From NCBI GenBank assembly GCA_977017575.1, contig CDRNVI010000034.1, forward strand, positions 186,001 to 250,000: a stretch of 64,000 nt of DNA, read 5' to 3'. The notes under the pieces are model-generated. The model ran no database searches and was not told the DNA's origin. It saw only the letters and a list, made by a program, of their open reading frames with translations. Positions 32,600 through 44,130 of the stretch are shown one piece after another. How positions within the stretch are numbered: position 1 is the first letter of the stretch; every line of letters begins with the position of its first letter. The DNA comes from Paramoeba atlantica. Its lineage: Eukaryota > Protista > Discosea. The position numbers were made by a program, and so were the translations under genes.

Positions 32600-33440
32600 T
32601 TTGCGACGAAAAATGGCGATCTAGAGACTCACCATTAGCTCTTTATCGAGGGGCTGAAGAAGGCGAGGTCGGACCTAGAAGTCCGTGCTAAGACCCTTGA
32701 CAAGTCCGGCGCTTGTGCCCGCCAGACGGGATATGTGCTTATGCGATGAGTGCATTTCCTTACGTGCGCATCACAGAAAGGACCTTCGCGCACGTGCGAA
32801 GACGCAACCCCCCCGGGATCCCTCCTCCCCTCTCTGCTTCTTCCAGATCCTCTCGGCACCGGTCGGTGACCCGTAGACCCCCGCGCTCTATCTCTCCTCG
32901 GAGCCGCTCCCAGAACAGAGCTTGTACCCTTCATGCGAAAGCCCCTTTTCCGATTTTGAGGGGAAGCTGTTGGGGAAGCATCGGGCACGTCAAACCACTC
33001 CGGAAACCCTCGCTGACCGTCCGCCACATTTCAAACAATTGACCCTCAAAGAATCATACCAAAAGATAAGCAAAACACAGAAGGAAACTTTGACATCCTT
33101 GGAAGCCCTATCGGATCCCACGAACACTGCGCTGAGTACCTCATGACCCATGCGATCGAACCAGCCGAAGATACTTTAGATGCTTCCAATTTAATTGAGG
33201 ACCCACAGGTCGCCATGTCACTTGTACGACAATGTGCCGGCTTTTGTCAACTGGTTCGTGCTCTACGTACAACACCTCCACAATGTCTACAACGCGTTTG
33301 TGAACATCTAGACAATTCACTGCTGAGCACAACTGAAGAGATACATGTACTTTGCCCACTGAACACCCCTGCCCGTGCTCAGATCCAACGCCTGAAGAGA
33401 CACGGAGGTTTCGTTCTGCGTTCATCGGAACGCAAATTCT
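32600..33440 (+). mobile_element. Degraded CRE-clade non-LTR retrotransposon fragment
   Basis: DPQVAMSLVRQCAGFCQLVRALRTTPP...RHGGFVLRS, homologous to the 48375 ORF; RT thumb region; frames broken. Confidence 0.7.
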
Positions 33441-34264
33441 CGAATTTCTCTATTCGGTCTGCGTTCATCGGAAATATACTCTTCTGCAAATTACGTAGCA
33501 TCTGTTGTGTTCGCAGCAAGCAAAGACGGGTGAAATCCACTGGACGGGGAAAGTCAAAGGGAGAGAAAGTGAGAGAGAAAGAGGGAAAAGTGGAAAATTG
33601 TTTTTATTTGCATAAAAACAAAGTGCAAGTGCTAATTTGATTGCTTGTTTTCAAATCATATACCCCCTCCCCCCAATGGACCTCCATGGTTCAAGTACTG
33701 GGTAAAAATATGGAGACAATGCCGCGTTTCATACTTTAAATTTACTAATTTAATAGCAAAAAAATAACTTATTTCTACATGTCGGTATTTCATACATGTA
33801 TGTATTTATTGGAAAATGCCCATTGTTCTTGTTCTGCGAGCCTTACTCTACTGTGCTCTAAGAATCTGTTCCTTCTTTCCTTTTTCTTTCGTACAAATGC
33901 CTGACGTCTCGGTCCAAACCGTATCAGAGGAAATTCAGACCTAGCTTGGTCTTCCGGAAAAGTACAATGAAATGGAAGGCAGCGATACAAAAGCCTTTGA
34001 AGCAGTATCGCTTTGTTCGCGGGAACATCACGCTTCTTCAAGGTGACCCGGACGCAATTGATCGTGTTCTAAATCGCTGTCTGAGCCCGGTTACGTTTTA
34101 TGACGATGTGCATATATGTGGTGTCCCGCTTCTAGCCATAGGGATCGCACAATTGATCCTTAATGGTGGGTGGCTAGGTGCGGAGCACGTACGAGATGGC
34201 TTCATTAGCGAAGCCAGTCTGGAACTTCGTTCGTCGACGAACTCTTGAAAGTCTGTGCCGCTCT

Positions 34265-34333
34265 GTGGTGGAAAGCATGCCTCGGCGAATAGAGGCAGTA
34301 ATAAAGGCGAAAGGGGATGTTACGAAGTACTAA
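34265..34333 (+). mobile_element. Tc1 transposase C-terminal remnant
   Basis: Translates SVVESMPRRIEAVIKAKGDVTKY*, the canonical Tc1 C-terminus. Confidence 0.8.
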
Positions 34334-34715
34334 GAGGTAAGTCGAAAATTCGTTTTTATGTCAAAGCATCTTGTGTTCTCTGCAAAAAAATCGAAAATTG
34401 CAAAAAAAACTGTTCACATGTTTTCTTTCACTTGCATGCGATCATACTTTTATTACAAAGCCGATCAAGTCGTAAGATCAAGTCTATGGCAACACAGTGT
34501 CCATGCATACACTACTCTGATATACTACTTCAATGCACACGACACCTGGCTACAGGGAAACACGAACAACAAAAAAGTGTCCAACATGTGAACAGTTTTT
34601 TTGTAGTCCATTTTTGTAGTACTTTAAAGCGTTTAAAAAACTTCTACCCTGTGTTCCCGGAATCGTGTCCCAGACCTCTCTGGGGAAATCAGGAGACTGG
34701 TCTCCTGGTTCAGGA

Positions 34716-34990
34716 TCTGACCCGGTAATTCCTGTCTTACGCATAATGAGGAATAAAAATAATAATCGATTGTTAACAATAAACGAGTCCCGCCCCTTTA
34801 AGAGAAAAATATTAATAAGTATGCTTGGCAGAAATCTAAGAGACTTTTCTTCAAAATACAACTTGTATATTCAGTGCAGGTCCGTGTGATTTCTCTCATG
34901 GTGTTGTCGGTAAGTGTGTGATGCTATGTTGTGTGTTATTCATCATAAGAGAAATTCAATAAAGCAAGTATACAGTACATGTATGTACGT
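34716..34990 (+). repeat. Direct repeat copy 1 (~275 bp)
   Basis: Near-identical to 35731-36003, including a long block through ...caataaagcaagtatacagtacatgtatgtacgt. Confidence 0.9.
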
Positions 34991-35730
34991 ATGCATTTTT
35001 TCATGTAAGTAGTACAGGGGGGTGCACGAAAATAAGGGAGTTCTAAATTTTGTAAAACTTTGCCAATACATGTAGGTATAGGAAAGTTGGACCATTTTTA
35101 CCCTATAATGACATTTGTACCCCTTAATGACATTTTTACCCCGAAATATCTTTTTCGTCAATTCGGGAGTACCTTACAAAAGACTGGAAGCAGGAGGATT
35201 AAAATAGGCTGTAATCAAGAACGATAAATACATGAATCCTAGGGTCTCATTTCTGTTCCCGGTAAGGCCCCGTAGTGCGTGAAGGCCTCCATACCCCACA
35301 ACTACCACCTTCCCACCTATTTAGCGGGGATCGCGCGAGCAACTCCTGATAAATGAGGCCCCCGTTTGCGAGCAAAGCCCAACTGTGAGCGTGGCCCGGG
35401 GACATAATTATATTTTTTTAGCGACCCCGCGCGCTCCAGCTGACACACCAGCTCTGTCTGATATTCATCGTCCAGTTTGTCGCTAGACAACCCCCCATAC
35501 CATTGAGTGAAAAATCGTTCCGCTTTGTTAGTTTCATTGCATGTGATGAAAGAGCTGGGGGAGAAGGTATACGGATAGGAATCATGTGCCCCCTTCCTCG
35601 AACAGATGTGCACATTTCACATTTCCTAGTTTTACTACGTCACAAGACTAGGGGGAAGCAAACTCACTCCAATGGAACCGGGGAGAGATGAAGGGATAAA
35701 GCATCGACAAGAGGAAGCGTTCAGACGTGG

Positions 35731-36003
35731 TCTGACCCGATAATTCCTGTCTTACGCATCAGGAATAAAAATAATAATTGAATGTTAACAATAAACGAGT
35801 CCCGCCCCTTTAAGAGAAAAATAAGTATGCTCGACAAAAAATCTAAGAGACTCTTCTTCAAAAAGCAACTTATAAATTTATATTCAGTGCAGGTCCGTGT
35901 GATTTCTCTCATGGTGTTGTCGGTAAGTGTGTGATGCTATGTTGTGTGTTATTCATCATAAGAGAAATTCAATAAAGCAAGTATACAGTACATGTATGTA
36001 CGT
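35731..36003 (+). repeat. Direct repeat copy 2 (~273 bp)
   Basis: See 34716-34990; offset about 1015 bp. Confidence 0.9.
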
Positions 36004-36199
36004 GTATGTCAATATTTTCCATTTTCTTGCGCTACTGTACTCGGTCATGTCCCAGTTTTATAAATTTGGCTACATCAGAGTGTATTTCAATTTCACATTT
36101 TTCGGATAACGAAGGTTTGGAGCTTTCAACCTTTGTTCACCGCAGTACAGCAGTCACGAAAGGAGTAGGATGTCTATTGAGGTGACCCATTCCTTCTGA

Positions 36200-37057
36200 C
36201 TTTGAAATCCACGCCAAGGTACAGAACAAGTAAGGCAAGTAAGTACATTCAAGGGAAACAGGCCACGTCTCTTCCTGTTGATGGTGAAAATACGGGAGTA
36301 ACATTGGCTCCCATAGGGCTTCGTAACGTGCAAGAGGTAACCGCCAACGACAAAGAAGGCATGACTGTTTTTCTTTTCGGTGCTTACGAAGTTCATAATA
36401 GAAAAGTTCCTCCCCCTCCTCCTACTGTAGTTCACATTGAGTGCAGAAGATGAAAAGTCCCGTTCACTGCGAGACGCTCGACGTCATGTTACAACGCTTT
36501 GAAGACATACGTAACTTCGACTAGGTGGATGAACAGTTAAGTATTTGAAGAGATCAAGCTTCCTTACTAGGAGGTTTGCAACCTGCGACAGCTCTTGTGG
36601 TGGACGAGTACACTGCCCATCGGGTTCATAAGTTAGAATCCCCAGTAATTGTGACTTGCACAGAATTCCTGGGGGTTGTACTTATCACATTCAAGTACGC
36701 GACCTTCGGTTTATTGTATTTTTCAAAAGAGAATACGAATTAGCCTTACGGCTCTGGCGCCTAAAAGCTGGTGATCACATAAAAGTGAATCGTCATGTAG
36801 TATTAGAGCTGATTACGGTTGCTCATGAGGTTACTTGGGCAAAGGATGGCGACCAGATACAAAACATATGCGAAACCCATCTCTTTGGGCCGATGACCAA
36901 ACATCCATGGAATTGGAACTCTAAGGATGAAACATCAAACTCAAGGCGAAAACTGAAAAAGAGTGCCAAGGCATCGGTTCGAAACGAAAGCGATACGAAA
37001 CCGAATAAGATACCGATCAACAGAAGCGGACGTGATGACGATGAAATTACTGTATAA
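36200..37057 (+). mobile_element. pogo/Tc2-type DDE_1 transposase pseudogene
   Basis: Across broken frames: KEGMTVFLFG..KVPP, ALVVDEYTAH, IPGGCTYHIQVRDLRFIVFFKREY. Confidence 0.7.
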
Positions 37058-37567
37058 CAGTGGGACGAGTACTATAAAATAGTTTTTATAGTTTTGCGTA
37101 CCTCTGGTTAAGACAATCTACCGAGTATAGTTACCATTTTCAGAAAGGTAGAGAGGTGAAGGGGGCTGAGTGGGAGGGTTATCATGCCTGCCCACAGTCG
37201 GTACCGTCCTCGGAGAAACATAAAATGAAAAAGAGTAAAAAATCTTCAGAACGGAGCTATCATGTTATAAGGTGCTCGTGAGGCATGTGGTACATCAATG
37301 GAGTTCTACATTAAGGATAACAATTACATTAAGGACAATTAAAGTTAAAACAAAAAAGTTTAAAGCGCCTCACGCCCAAGACTCCGTCATAAAGGACAAT
37401 AAATAAGTTGGGGGTAGGGCTATGACAACTAAGTAGGGGGGTAGTGTTTTGTTGTACCGCGAAAGCCAACTGCGGTATCGGCGGGTCTCATGTGCCACGA
37501 CCCGCATGGCCTCATATAAGTTTAGTCAGAAATCTCCTAAACGTTTTTTAGCCTGAACTCTTCCGTT

Positions 37568-38206
37568 TTATATTTCACATATTTTCGTACCTTTCCAACT
37601 ACGATAACCAGGCTTTAACGAGGGGGGAAGCGACGAAATTTGCACAGTGCCAGTCAAGAAAGAATTTGCAGTAAGATAAACGGCTTCAATTTGATCAGGC
37701 AAACCGGAAAAATCAACCTCCCCGGAAAATCGATTAAAGGATAAAAAGAGAGTTTTCATTGTCCGTGGTAGTTTTTCAAAAGCGATCTCACCTGAAAATT
37801 TATTGTTTCCTAAGTCCAATAAATTTAGTTGAGGCGGAAGACAGACAAAATTCACAGTGCCGCTCAATGAGTTGAAACCCAGTACAAGCGCTTCGAGAGT
37901 AGAAGGAAGATATTCCCAATGCAAAGATCCACGTAAGTTACAAGTAGTCCAATCAATAATAGAAACTTCACCCTCGTCGTTGCACTGTACACCAGGCCAT
38001 TCACAAGCGGGGGTTGCCGTATCGCACTTAGTAAGGGCCTCTCGTAGATCAACATCGGATGCAAACCGCGCAAGGTCGAATTCCGGAGGTAAAACAATGC
38101 CCCGCTGTCTTCCTGCATGTGAGCTCGAAGGGAAACAATCCTTTTCCGAAGTTGATTTGACGGATTCAAATTCCGAGCAGGAAAACTGGCGCCAAAGATC
38201 GAGCAT
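37568..38206 (-). CDS. Leucine-rich repeat protein (family member 6)
   Basis: PPEFDLARF, ACEWPGVQCND cap, LRRs; first ATG at 38206. Confidence 0.88.
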   Translation of the reverse strand: MLDLWRQFSCSEFESVKSTSEKDCFPSSSHAGRQRGIVLPPEFDLARFASDVDLREALTKCDTATPACEWPGVQCNDEGEVSIIDWTTCNLRGSLHWEYLPSTLEALVLGFNSLSGTVNFVCLPPQLNLLDLGNNKFSGEIAFEKLPRTMKTLFLSFNRFSGEVDFSGLPDQIEAVYLTANSFLTGTVQISSLPPSLKPGYRSWKGTKICEI

Positions 38207-38500
38207 GGAAGTAGTAGTATTCAACAATACGTGAAATTTTTAAGAGTTTTTTTTAAGTGTTGACGTGCTGGAGGCGTACAACCAGTGTTTCTAAGATCTG
38301 CTACACCCCTTTTATATCCACAAAATTTTTATCTTTTTCTCACCAAGATACACAAGTTAACCTACTGTACCCATGGTCGCAACACCCCCCCCCCCCCACA
38401 TGTACAACTATGCAACAATTTCTTCAGTACAGCCTAACTCAACCTTTACACCCCATATACCTTTACACCTTTTCCACTCCCTTCCAAAACCTTCCCCTCA

Positions 38501-39466
38501 TCACCCTTTCCCCCCCTCCCCCCCCAACACCCTCTCCGTCCCCGGCAGCACCCCCTCCATCCGATCCAGCCACGCCGCCACCGGCCCCACCCCCCGCACC
38601 ACCTCCCGGTACACCCGGTGCCCCCGGAGCGACTGCAGCACCCCATACACCTCGGTGTCCGCGACGTTCGGTCGCGTCCCCCCGTGGAACGGGCGCCCCC
38701 CGAGCCCGGCCGTGGCCCACTCCTTCAGGACCCCGCGCAGGGCCTCCGCGGGGGTCACGCGCTTCGGGTCGTACCCGTCCTCGCGGATCAGGGCGGGGAG
38801 GGTCTTGTACCGGGCCACGAGGTACATCACGGGGGCCCCGAGGAGTTTCAGGAAGAGCTTGTTGTGGGGGGGGATGGTGTCGTGGGCGTCGATGTAGGCG
38901 TAGCCGCGCCAGGATTCGATGAGGGAGGGGTTGAGGTTGAGGACGAGATAGCGCACGAGACGGTGGGAGGCGAAGGCACGCCAGGGGGTGACGGTGGGGT
39001 CGTGGAGGGCGGCTTTCCAGGCGGGGGCGCCGGGGCGGGTGTCGGGGAGGGCGAGGCTGAGGGTGTCGATGATGGCGTCGGAGTCGACGAGGAGGAGAGG
39101 GGGGGTGGAGTGGGGGGAGAAGCGGAGTTGGGGGACTTTGTGGTACCCGTGGGAGGAGATTTCGCGTTTGAAGATGGGCTCGACCTCGACGCACTCGTGG
39201 GGGATGTGGTGGAGGTCAAGGAAGGTTTTGACTTTGGCGCAGAAGGGGCAGGTGGAGTAGCGGTAGAGGATCGGGGGGTCGGCTCCGCCTTGGGTGGAGA
39301 GGGCGGTGTGGATGGCGGTGCGAAGGGTGGGGAGGTCCTGGGCCGCGTTGAAGGCGGAAGCGGTGACGGAGGCGTTTTGTTTTAAGCGGTAGCGGTAGAT
39401 CATGCTGGCGGCCCCGAGGGCAACGGCACCCCCGACGGCGGTGTACTTGGCCACACGACGGAGCAT
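38501..39466 (-). CDS. Glutaredoxin/GST-fold protein, mPGES-2-like
   Basis: N-terminal membrane anchor; YRYSTCPFCAKVKTFLD; KVPQL, VDSDAII; FHGGTRPNVADTEVYGVL. Confidence 0.88.
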   Translation of the reverse strand: MLRRVAKYTAVGGAVALGAASMIYRYRLKQNASVTASAFNAAQDLPTLRTAIHTALSTQGGADPPILYRYSTCPFCAKVKTFLDLHHIPHECVEVEPIFKREISSHGYHKVPQLRFSPHSTPPLLLVDSDAIIDTLSLALPDTRPGAPAWKAALHDPTVTPWRAFASHRLVRYLVLNLNPSLIESWRGYAYIDAHDTIPPHNKLFLKLLGAPVMYLVARYKTLPALIREDGYDPKRVTPAEALRGVLKEWATAGLGGRPFHGGTRPNVADTEVYGVLQSLRGHRVYREVVRGVGPVAAWLDRMEGVLPGTERVLGGEGGKG

Positions 39467-39570
39467 TGGGTGGTGGGAAAGTTTCGTTATAGAAAAAAGG
39501 ATGAAGAAAATTTCTGGGTTAGGAGCCCAATTTGCTCGTATTTCTTTCGCAAAATGTACAAAATTTAATA

Positions 39571-40320
39571 CAGTGGTGATCAGCCTCTTTTACCCCCCCT
39601 ACAGGTCTTGTATTTTGTTCGATTTTGGAAATATTTTGTATGGGATTGTTTTTCGACCCAATCGTTCCGAATCCGAGGTCCTTTTCACTCGTGGACACTT
39701 GTATCATTCCTAAACTGAAAAACACTGAGAAACTCGATAATTTTTTAGAGAGTACATTTTTTCCTAAATTGATACATTTTCTGGTGATTCATGACGAAGA
39801 AGCACCAGCCCCTGTATTTACTTTCCTCTGGCGTGCGCCCCGAGATGCGCACGGCACTCGCGATTGAATACGAGCGACTTAAGTCCTATAGGGCAGTTGT
39901 AAAACTTAATAAACTTAACCCCGGGTCTATCATTGAAACTTTTCGTTTTTTTCTGAAGATCAACCAGAAGCGTTTAAGAATATCTTCCGGGACCATCGTA
40001 AGTGTTTACTCTTGGTTAAGGAGGCCAAAGGGCATATGACTAAATACTAGAGATTACTTTGCACCCCTTTTCCGCGTCTTCTGACGTACTTAAAGTAAGA
40101 CCTACACGTACTTTACTACTGTTGTTCATTCGAAACACCCCAAAAAAATGTAATTAACTTTTTTGACCCCTACCTGGCTAGGAGGGGTAGGGGGTCGCTC
40201 GAGTGAAAAGGACCTCGGATTCGGAACGATTGGGTCGAAAAACGATGATCTACCAAATATTTCCAAAATCGGACAAAGTACAAGACCTGTAGGGGGGGTA
40301 AAAGAGGCTGATCACCACTG
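39571..40320 (+). mobile_element. 750 bp non-autonomous Tc1-like element, ~125 bp TIRs, TA duplication
   Basis: TA-cagtggtgatcagcctc...gaggctgatcaccactg-TA; short HTH-like remnant 39791-40039. Confidence 0.9.
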
Positions 40321-40564
40321 TAGACACTTTTCTTTGTTTTCAGTAAAATAGAGATGTTCCCAAAGAAGGGTATGTAAATAGTGATGTTCCCAAAGAGTTT
40401 GAAGATCACGAAAGCCCAAATAATAAGTATCACCGTTCACTTCACATTTACTGTTGCCGCGCTACACGTAAAATTCCGTTGTTTTATTTCAATAGTGAAT
40501 CGCGCAAGAGCAAACTGTGAGGTATGTGAAACTAATTCAATGATACGTCATTAGTTAATCGTAA

Positions 40565-41878
40565 TCAGATTGACACTGCATCTCGAACATTGGGTACAAT
40601 TCTCACTGCTCGAAAAGGACTATCTTGCCCCGTAATTCGTGATGTATCGTCTCGAATGCCAAAACCTGCAAATTGAGCTCCCACAATCCATGAGCCGATG
40701 ACAGGATGCATACCTTGTAGCGGTTCTTCTTGCAAAAGCTCCTGAAAGATAACCTGTCGATCGTGAAATTGCCCATTAGAGCTCTCGACCGGATGAGACA
40801 CATTTCGCGCAGAGTGCAAGGATACGTTCTCTCCACACCGACCTACAATTGGTTTACGAGCGTATCCACTACGAATGAGTTCAGGTGTGGGCCTCCATGC
40901 GGCGGGAAGCAGATTGGGGTGCCCTGGAAACATTTCCCAGAGGATTACCAAAAGAGCTTTGTTGCTGGTGATAATCTTCCAAAGTGGTTCAATAATTTCC
41001 ATGGCGGGATCGCTCAAAAACATTTCAGAAAGAGAGGGAGCTCCACTCCTTGCACCATTCGTGCTGAGTGAACGAGGTGATTTTATGGCATTCTGCAAAA
41101 TTGTATCCCAGGCCCACATTTTCCATACAATGCGGAGGGGCTCCCCGTCCTCATGGCAGAGTGTAGTATTTGACCCGTTGAGGTTCTTCCACCCCAGCGA
41201 GGATGTCCCAACACATAATTTCGTGGAAACTCCCGCAAGAGATGCGAGTTCTTGCATGAACGTTGCATTATACACTTCTTCCGGGTCGTCATCGACAAGA
41301 AAATGCACAGGTTGTGTAGCAGGAATCTTCATACCTCTCCAGGCACGCACGACGGATTCCTGCAACGACGTCCCGGCGTCGGTTCCAACATTTCCTATAC
41401 CCACAGCTTCACTCCACTTACCTTGGACGCGACCACACTCGAACAAGGTTCCCGCGCTGTCGGCGTTGTACTCTAACAGTTTTACGCAGTCTCGCGTGTG
41501 TGGGGTAGCCGAAGAACTCGAACTCACAGGAAAAGAAACCCCGAAATCGAATCTTCCTGTCAGTGTACGACTGCGGTGCTTCTTCCACGAGTGACGAACG
41601 TGGGCCCAGAAAGTACGAGGAATAGCAAAACGATCCAATAGGGTGTCGGATGCAATTACCTTTTCCGTCGCCGATAGACACATGGCGTGTAGCTCCTCCG
41701 ATGTACGGGTAATTTGGGTACTCAGGTCAGAACTGACACGGTAATAACCACAGGCTGTCTCCACGGCGCGATTTACTCCTACACCATACGTCTCGCCAAA
41801 TATTTGCTCGCTGCGGACCTTGCGGTTGAGGTAGGAAACAGCAGAGGAAGTTTTTGGATGGAAAGGAACGCGCTGCAT
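40565..41878 (-). CDS. TryS: Trypanothione/glutathionylspermidine synthetase, synthetase domain only
   Basis: GRFDF, LLEYNADSAGTLFECG, EPLWKIITSNKA, KPIVGRCGENV, IGSWIVG..F.G.GIRDD..ITG; first ATG at 41878; no CHAP amidase. Confidence 0.88.
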   Translation of the reverse strand: MQRVPFHPKTSSAVSYLNRKVRSEQIFGETYGVGVNRAVETACGYYRVSSDLSTQITRTSEELHAMCLSATEKVIASDTLLDRFAIPRTFWAHVRHSWKKHRSRTLTGRFDFGVSFPVSSSSSATPHTRDCVKLLEYNADSAGTLFECGRVQGKWSEAVGIGNVGTDAGTSLQESVVRAWRGMKIPATQPVHFLVDDDPEEVYNATFMQELASLAGVSTKLCVGTSSLGWKNLNGSNTTLCHEDGEPLRIVWKMWAWDTILQNAIKSPRSLSTNGARSGAPSLSEMFLSDPAMEIIEPLWKIITSNKALLVILWEMFPGHPNLLPAAWRPTPELIRSGYARKPIVGRCGENVSLHSARNVSHPVESSNGQFHDRQVIFQELLQEEPLQGMHPVIGSWIVGAQFAGFGIRDDTSRITGQDSPFRAVRIVPNVRDAVSI

Positions 41879-42158
41879 AAGGATAGCAAAAATGTGTTGT
41901 GTTTCATTCACACATAACAGAATATCTTCATTAATTTGAAATAACTTTGTAGTAGTAACTGATTAAACAATATGCAAACCTGTCTAACTCACATACTGAG
42001 CATAATTCTGAAACGCTTCTGAAACCGTGTTTTATTAAATTTAGCCGTTGTTACACTGTAAACGAAGCAATAGTACACCTAAAGGCTCACTTATCCTGTT
42101 TTACACTGTACGACAGCCAACATTGCATCTACGTTTGGGCTATCGTCGACGGGTGACA

Positions 42159-43664
42159 TTACAAGTCCTGAAGCGGCACGACGTGCCCCTTCTCCCCCGT
42201 CGGACGATTGCCCACTTTCCCGGGACCCTCCCGGAGATACTTCACGGTTACACACCTCCCTGCAGCCCACTCCTCGGGGGCCACGAGCACCGCGCGCTCG
42301 GCACCCGCACTATCCGCGTACGCAAACCCCTGACGAACCTTTCGTCGGTCCTCTAGAATCAAATCCGCGCATCTCCCTTTTGCTCGAAGCTGGGTGACCA
42401 CTTTCACAGCCACCTCCCGCATAGACTCATCAAAGGGAATCACCACATCATGGAGAACCCGGGGAAGGGCTGGGAGCTTTTTCTTCTCTTTCAGCAGCTC
42501 CAGAATCACACAGTCGCCAAACCCGAACCCGCAGGCCGGCATCGGGGTGGGAGCCCCGTAGGTCGTGAGGAGCGCATCGTACCGCCCCCCTCCACAGATT
42601 GCCCGGAACTTCCCGGGGCGATCCACGACCTCAAACACTACTCCAGTGTAATACGCTAGGCCGCGAACCACGGAGGGGTCGAACACAACCCAGTCACCTA
42701 AACCATAGGCCTCAAGTAGCTTAAAAAGCCTCTGTACCTCTGCAATTGTGTTCGTGAGTGTTCCTTTTTCGAGCCCATCGTACCCCGGCTGGGATTCGAT
42801 CAGTTGTTGCAGCGCACCCAAATCCGGCAACTCCATCGCCACCAGAAGGGTCTCTATCACCTGCGGGGACAACTCTAACTCCCCCAAACTCGTGACCATC
42901 TCCTCCCTCGTAATCTTATCCCGTTTATCCAACACCACACACACGGAGACGAACCGCTCGTTCGGGACCTCACACGCCTGCAGCAACCCCTGCAGCACCT
43001 GACGGGAGTTTATCCTTACCACCACCTCGTGCGAGGACAGCTGCAGCCTCGACAAGGCCGCACACAGCGCGGCAATCAAATCCGCCTCCGCGCCCACCCC
43101 CTTAACCCCCAGGATATCCGCATTCCACTGGTAGTGCTCCCTTCGCCTTCCCCGGGTAATATCCTCATGGCGCCAGCACTGCGGCAGGCTGAACCATTTC
43201 GCCGGGAGGCTGAGCGCCGGGCCCTTTCCGAGCACCAGCCGCGCGAGGCTCGGGGTCATCTCCGGACGCAGCGCCACGCGGTGGCCGGACTTCGTCACGA
43301 AGTTGTACATTTGCTTGGTGATCTCCTCCCCCCCTTTGCGGAGGTAGAGCTCCTCGGGCTCCAGCACCGGCGCGTCGTACTCTTGGAAGCCGAACCCCGC
43401 GCTGATCTCACGGAACACAGCGAACAGGTAGTTCCGGGTGCGCATCTCCTCCGGGGGGAAGTCGCGACAGCCCTGGACGGGGTCGGTGGAGATGCGGGAG
43501 GGGGCGGACTTCTTTTTGCTCTTTTTGGATAACATGCCCGGGGGCGTAGGCGTAGGGGGCGGCTGCGTAGGTAGTGGTGTGGGATCGGTGGTGTTGTGGT
43601 GCAACGAGAGTGCGGCAAAAAGCCGCGACAGTTTGTAATGGGGGTTCACAGAAAAGGAGTTCAT
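42159..43664 (-). CDS. HARS: Histidyl-tRNA synthetase
   Basis: [48 protein letters not shown]; in-frame ATGs at 43664 and 43535. Confidence 0.96.
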   Translation of the reverse strand: MNSFSVNPHYKLSRLFAALSLHHNTTDPTPLPTQPPPTPTPPGMLSKKSKKKSAPSRISTDPVQGCRDFPPEEMRTRNYLFAVFREISAGFGFQEYDAPVLEPEELYLRKGGEEITKQMYNFVTKSGHRVALRPEMTPSLARLVLGKGPALSLPAKWFSLPQCWRHEDITRGRRREHYQWNADILGVKGVGAEADLIAALCAALSRLQLSSHEVVVRINSRQVLQGLLQACEVPNERFVSVCVVLDKRDKITREEMVTSLGELELSPQVIETLLVAMELPDLGALQQLIESQPGYDGLEKGTLTNTIAEVQRLFKLLEAYGLGDWVVFDPSVVRGLAYYTGVVFEVVDRPGKFRAICGGGRYDALLTTYGAPTPMPACGFGFGDCVILELLKEKKKLPALPRVLHDVVIPFDESMREVAVKVVTQLRAKGRCADLILEDRRKVRQGFAYADSAGAERAVLVAPEEWAAGRCVTVKYLREGPGKVGNRPTGEKGHVVPLQDL

Positions 43665-43829
43665 GCGGGATATTGTGGGGAGAAAAGTGAAGAGAGGGAG
43701 AAGAGGTCTGGAGAAAGGTCTAGAGAAAAAAGGAGAAAATTTCAAGTCAATGAACTGAACGTTTGTCATGAAAAAATGGTGTCACCTCTTAATATCTTTC
43801 TAATTTCTTACGTTAAACGGCACCGTTCT

Positions 43830-44130
43830 AGCCTTGTTGGATAATTACACGGTGCACAATTGGGCTAAGACAAGCTTTCAAGAGACAGGAATTCCTGTTC
43901 TTCCTTGGCCAGCAAAATCACATCAGCTTATGTTGGTTGAAAATTTATGGTCCATAGTGGACGACTTCAAAAATGGTTTAGCCCCTCGAAATCGTGCAGA
44001 TTTGATCAGTGCGATCGAAGCAGCTTCAAGATCTTCAAATAATACTTTATGCGGCCTCTGAAAGCGCTATGAAGAGCTTTCGAAAGCGATGCCGTATTGT
44101 GATTGAGAAGACGGCGGTAATTGTAGTTAC
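43830..44130 (+). mobile_element. Tc1 transposase C-terminal fragment
   Basis: DNYTVH...PVLPWPAKS..LVENLWSIV; after a frameshift MKSFRKRCRIVIEK. Confidence 0.8.

Noticed and set aside
33946-34248. Possible second pogo DDE_1 fragment
   Set aside because: Only a vague NIT.LLQ..D resemblance; not enough to call
38501-41878. GST/glutaredoxin next to TryS as a functional thiol cluster
   Set aside because: Gene order in polycistronic units rarely reflects function; two genes are insufficient evidence
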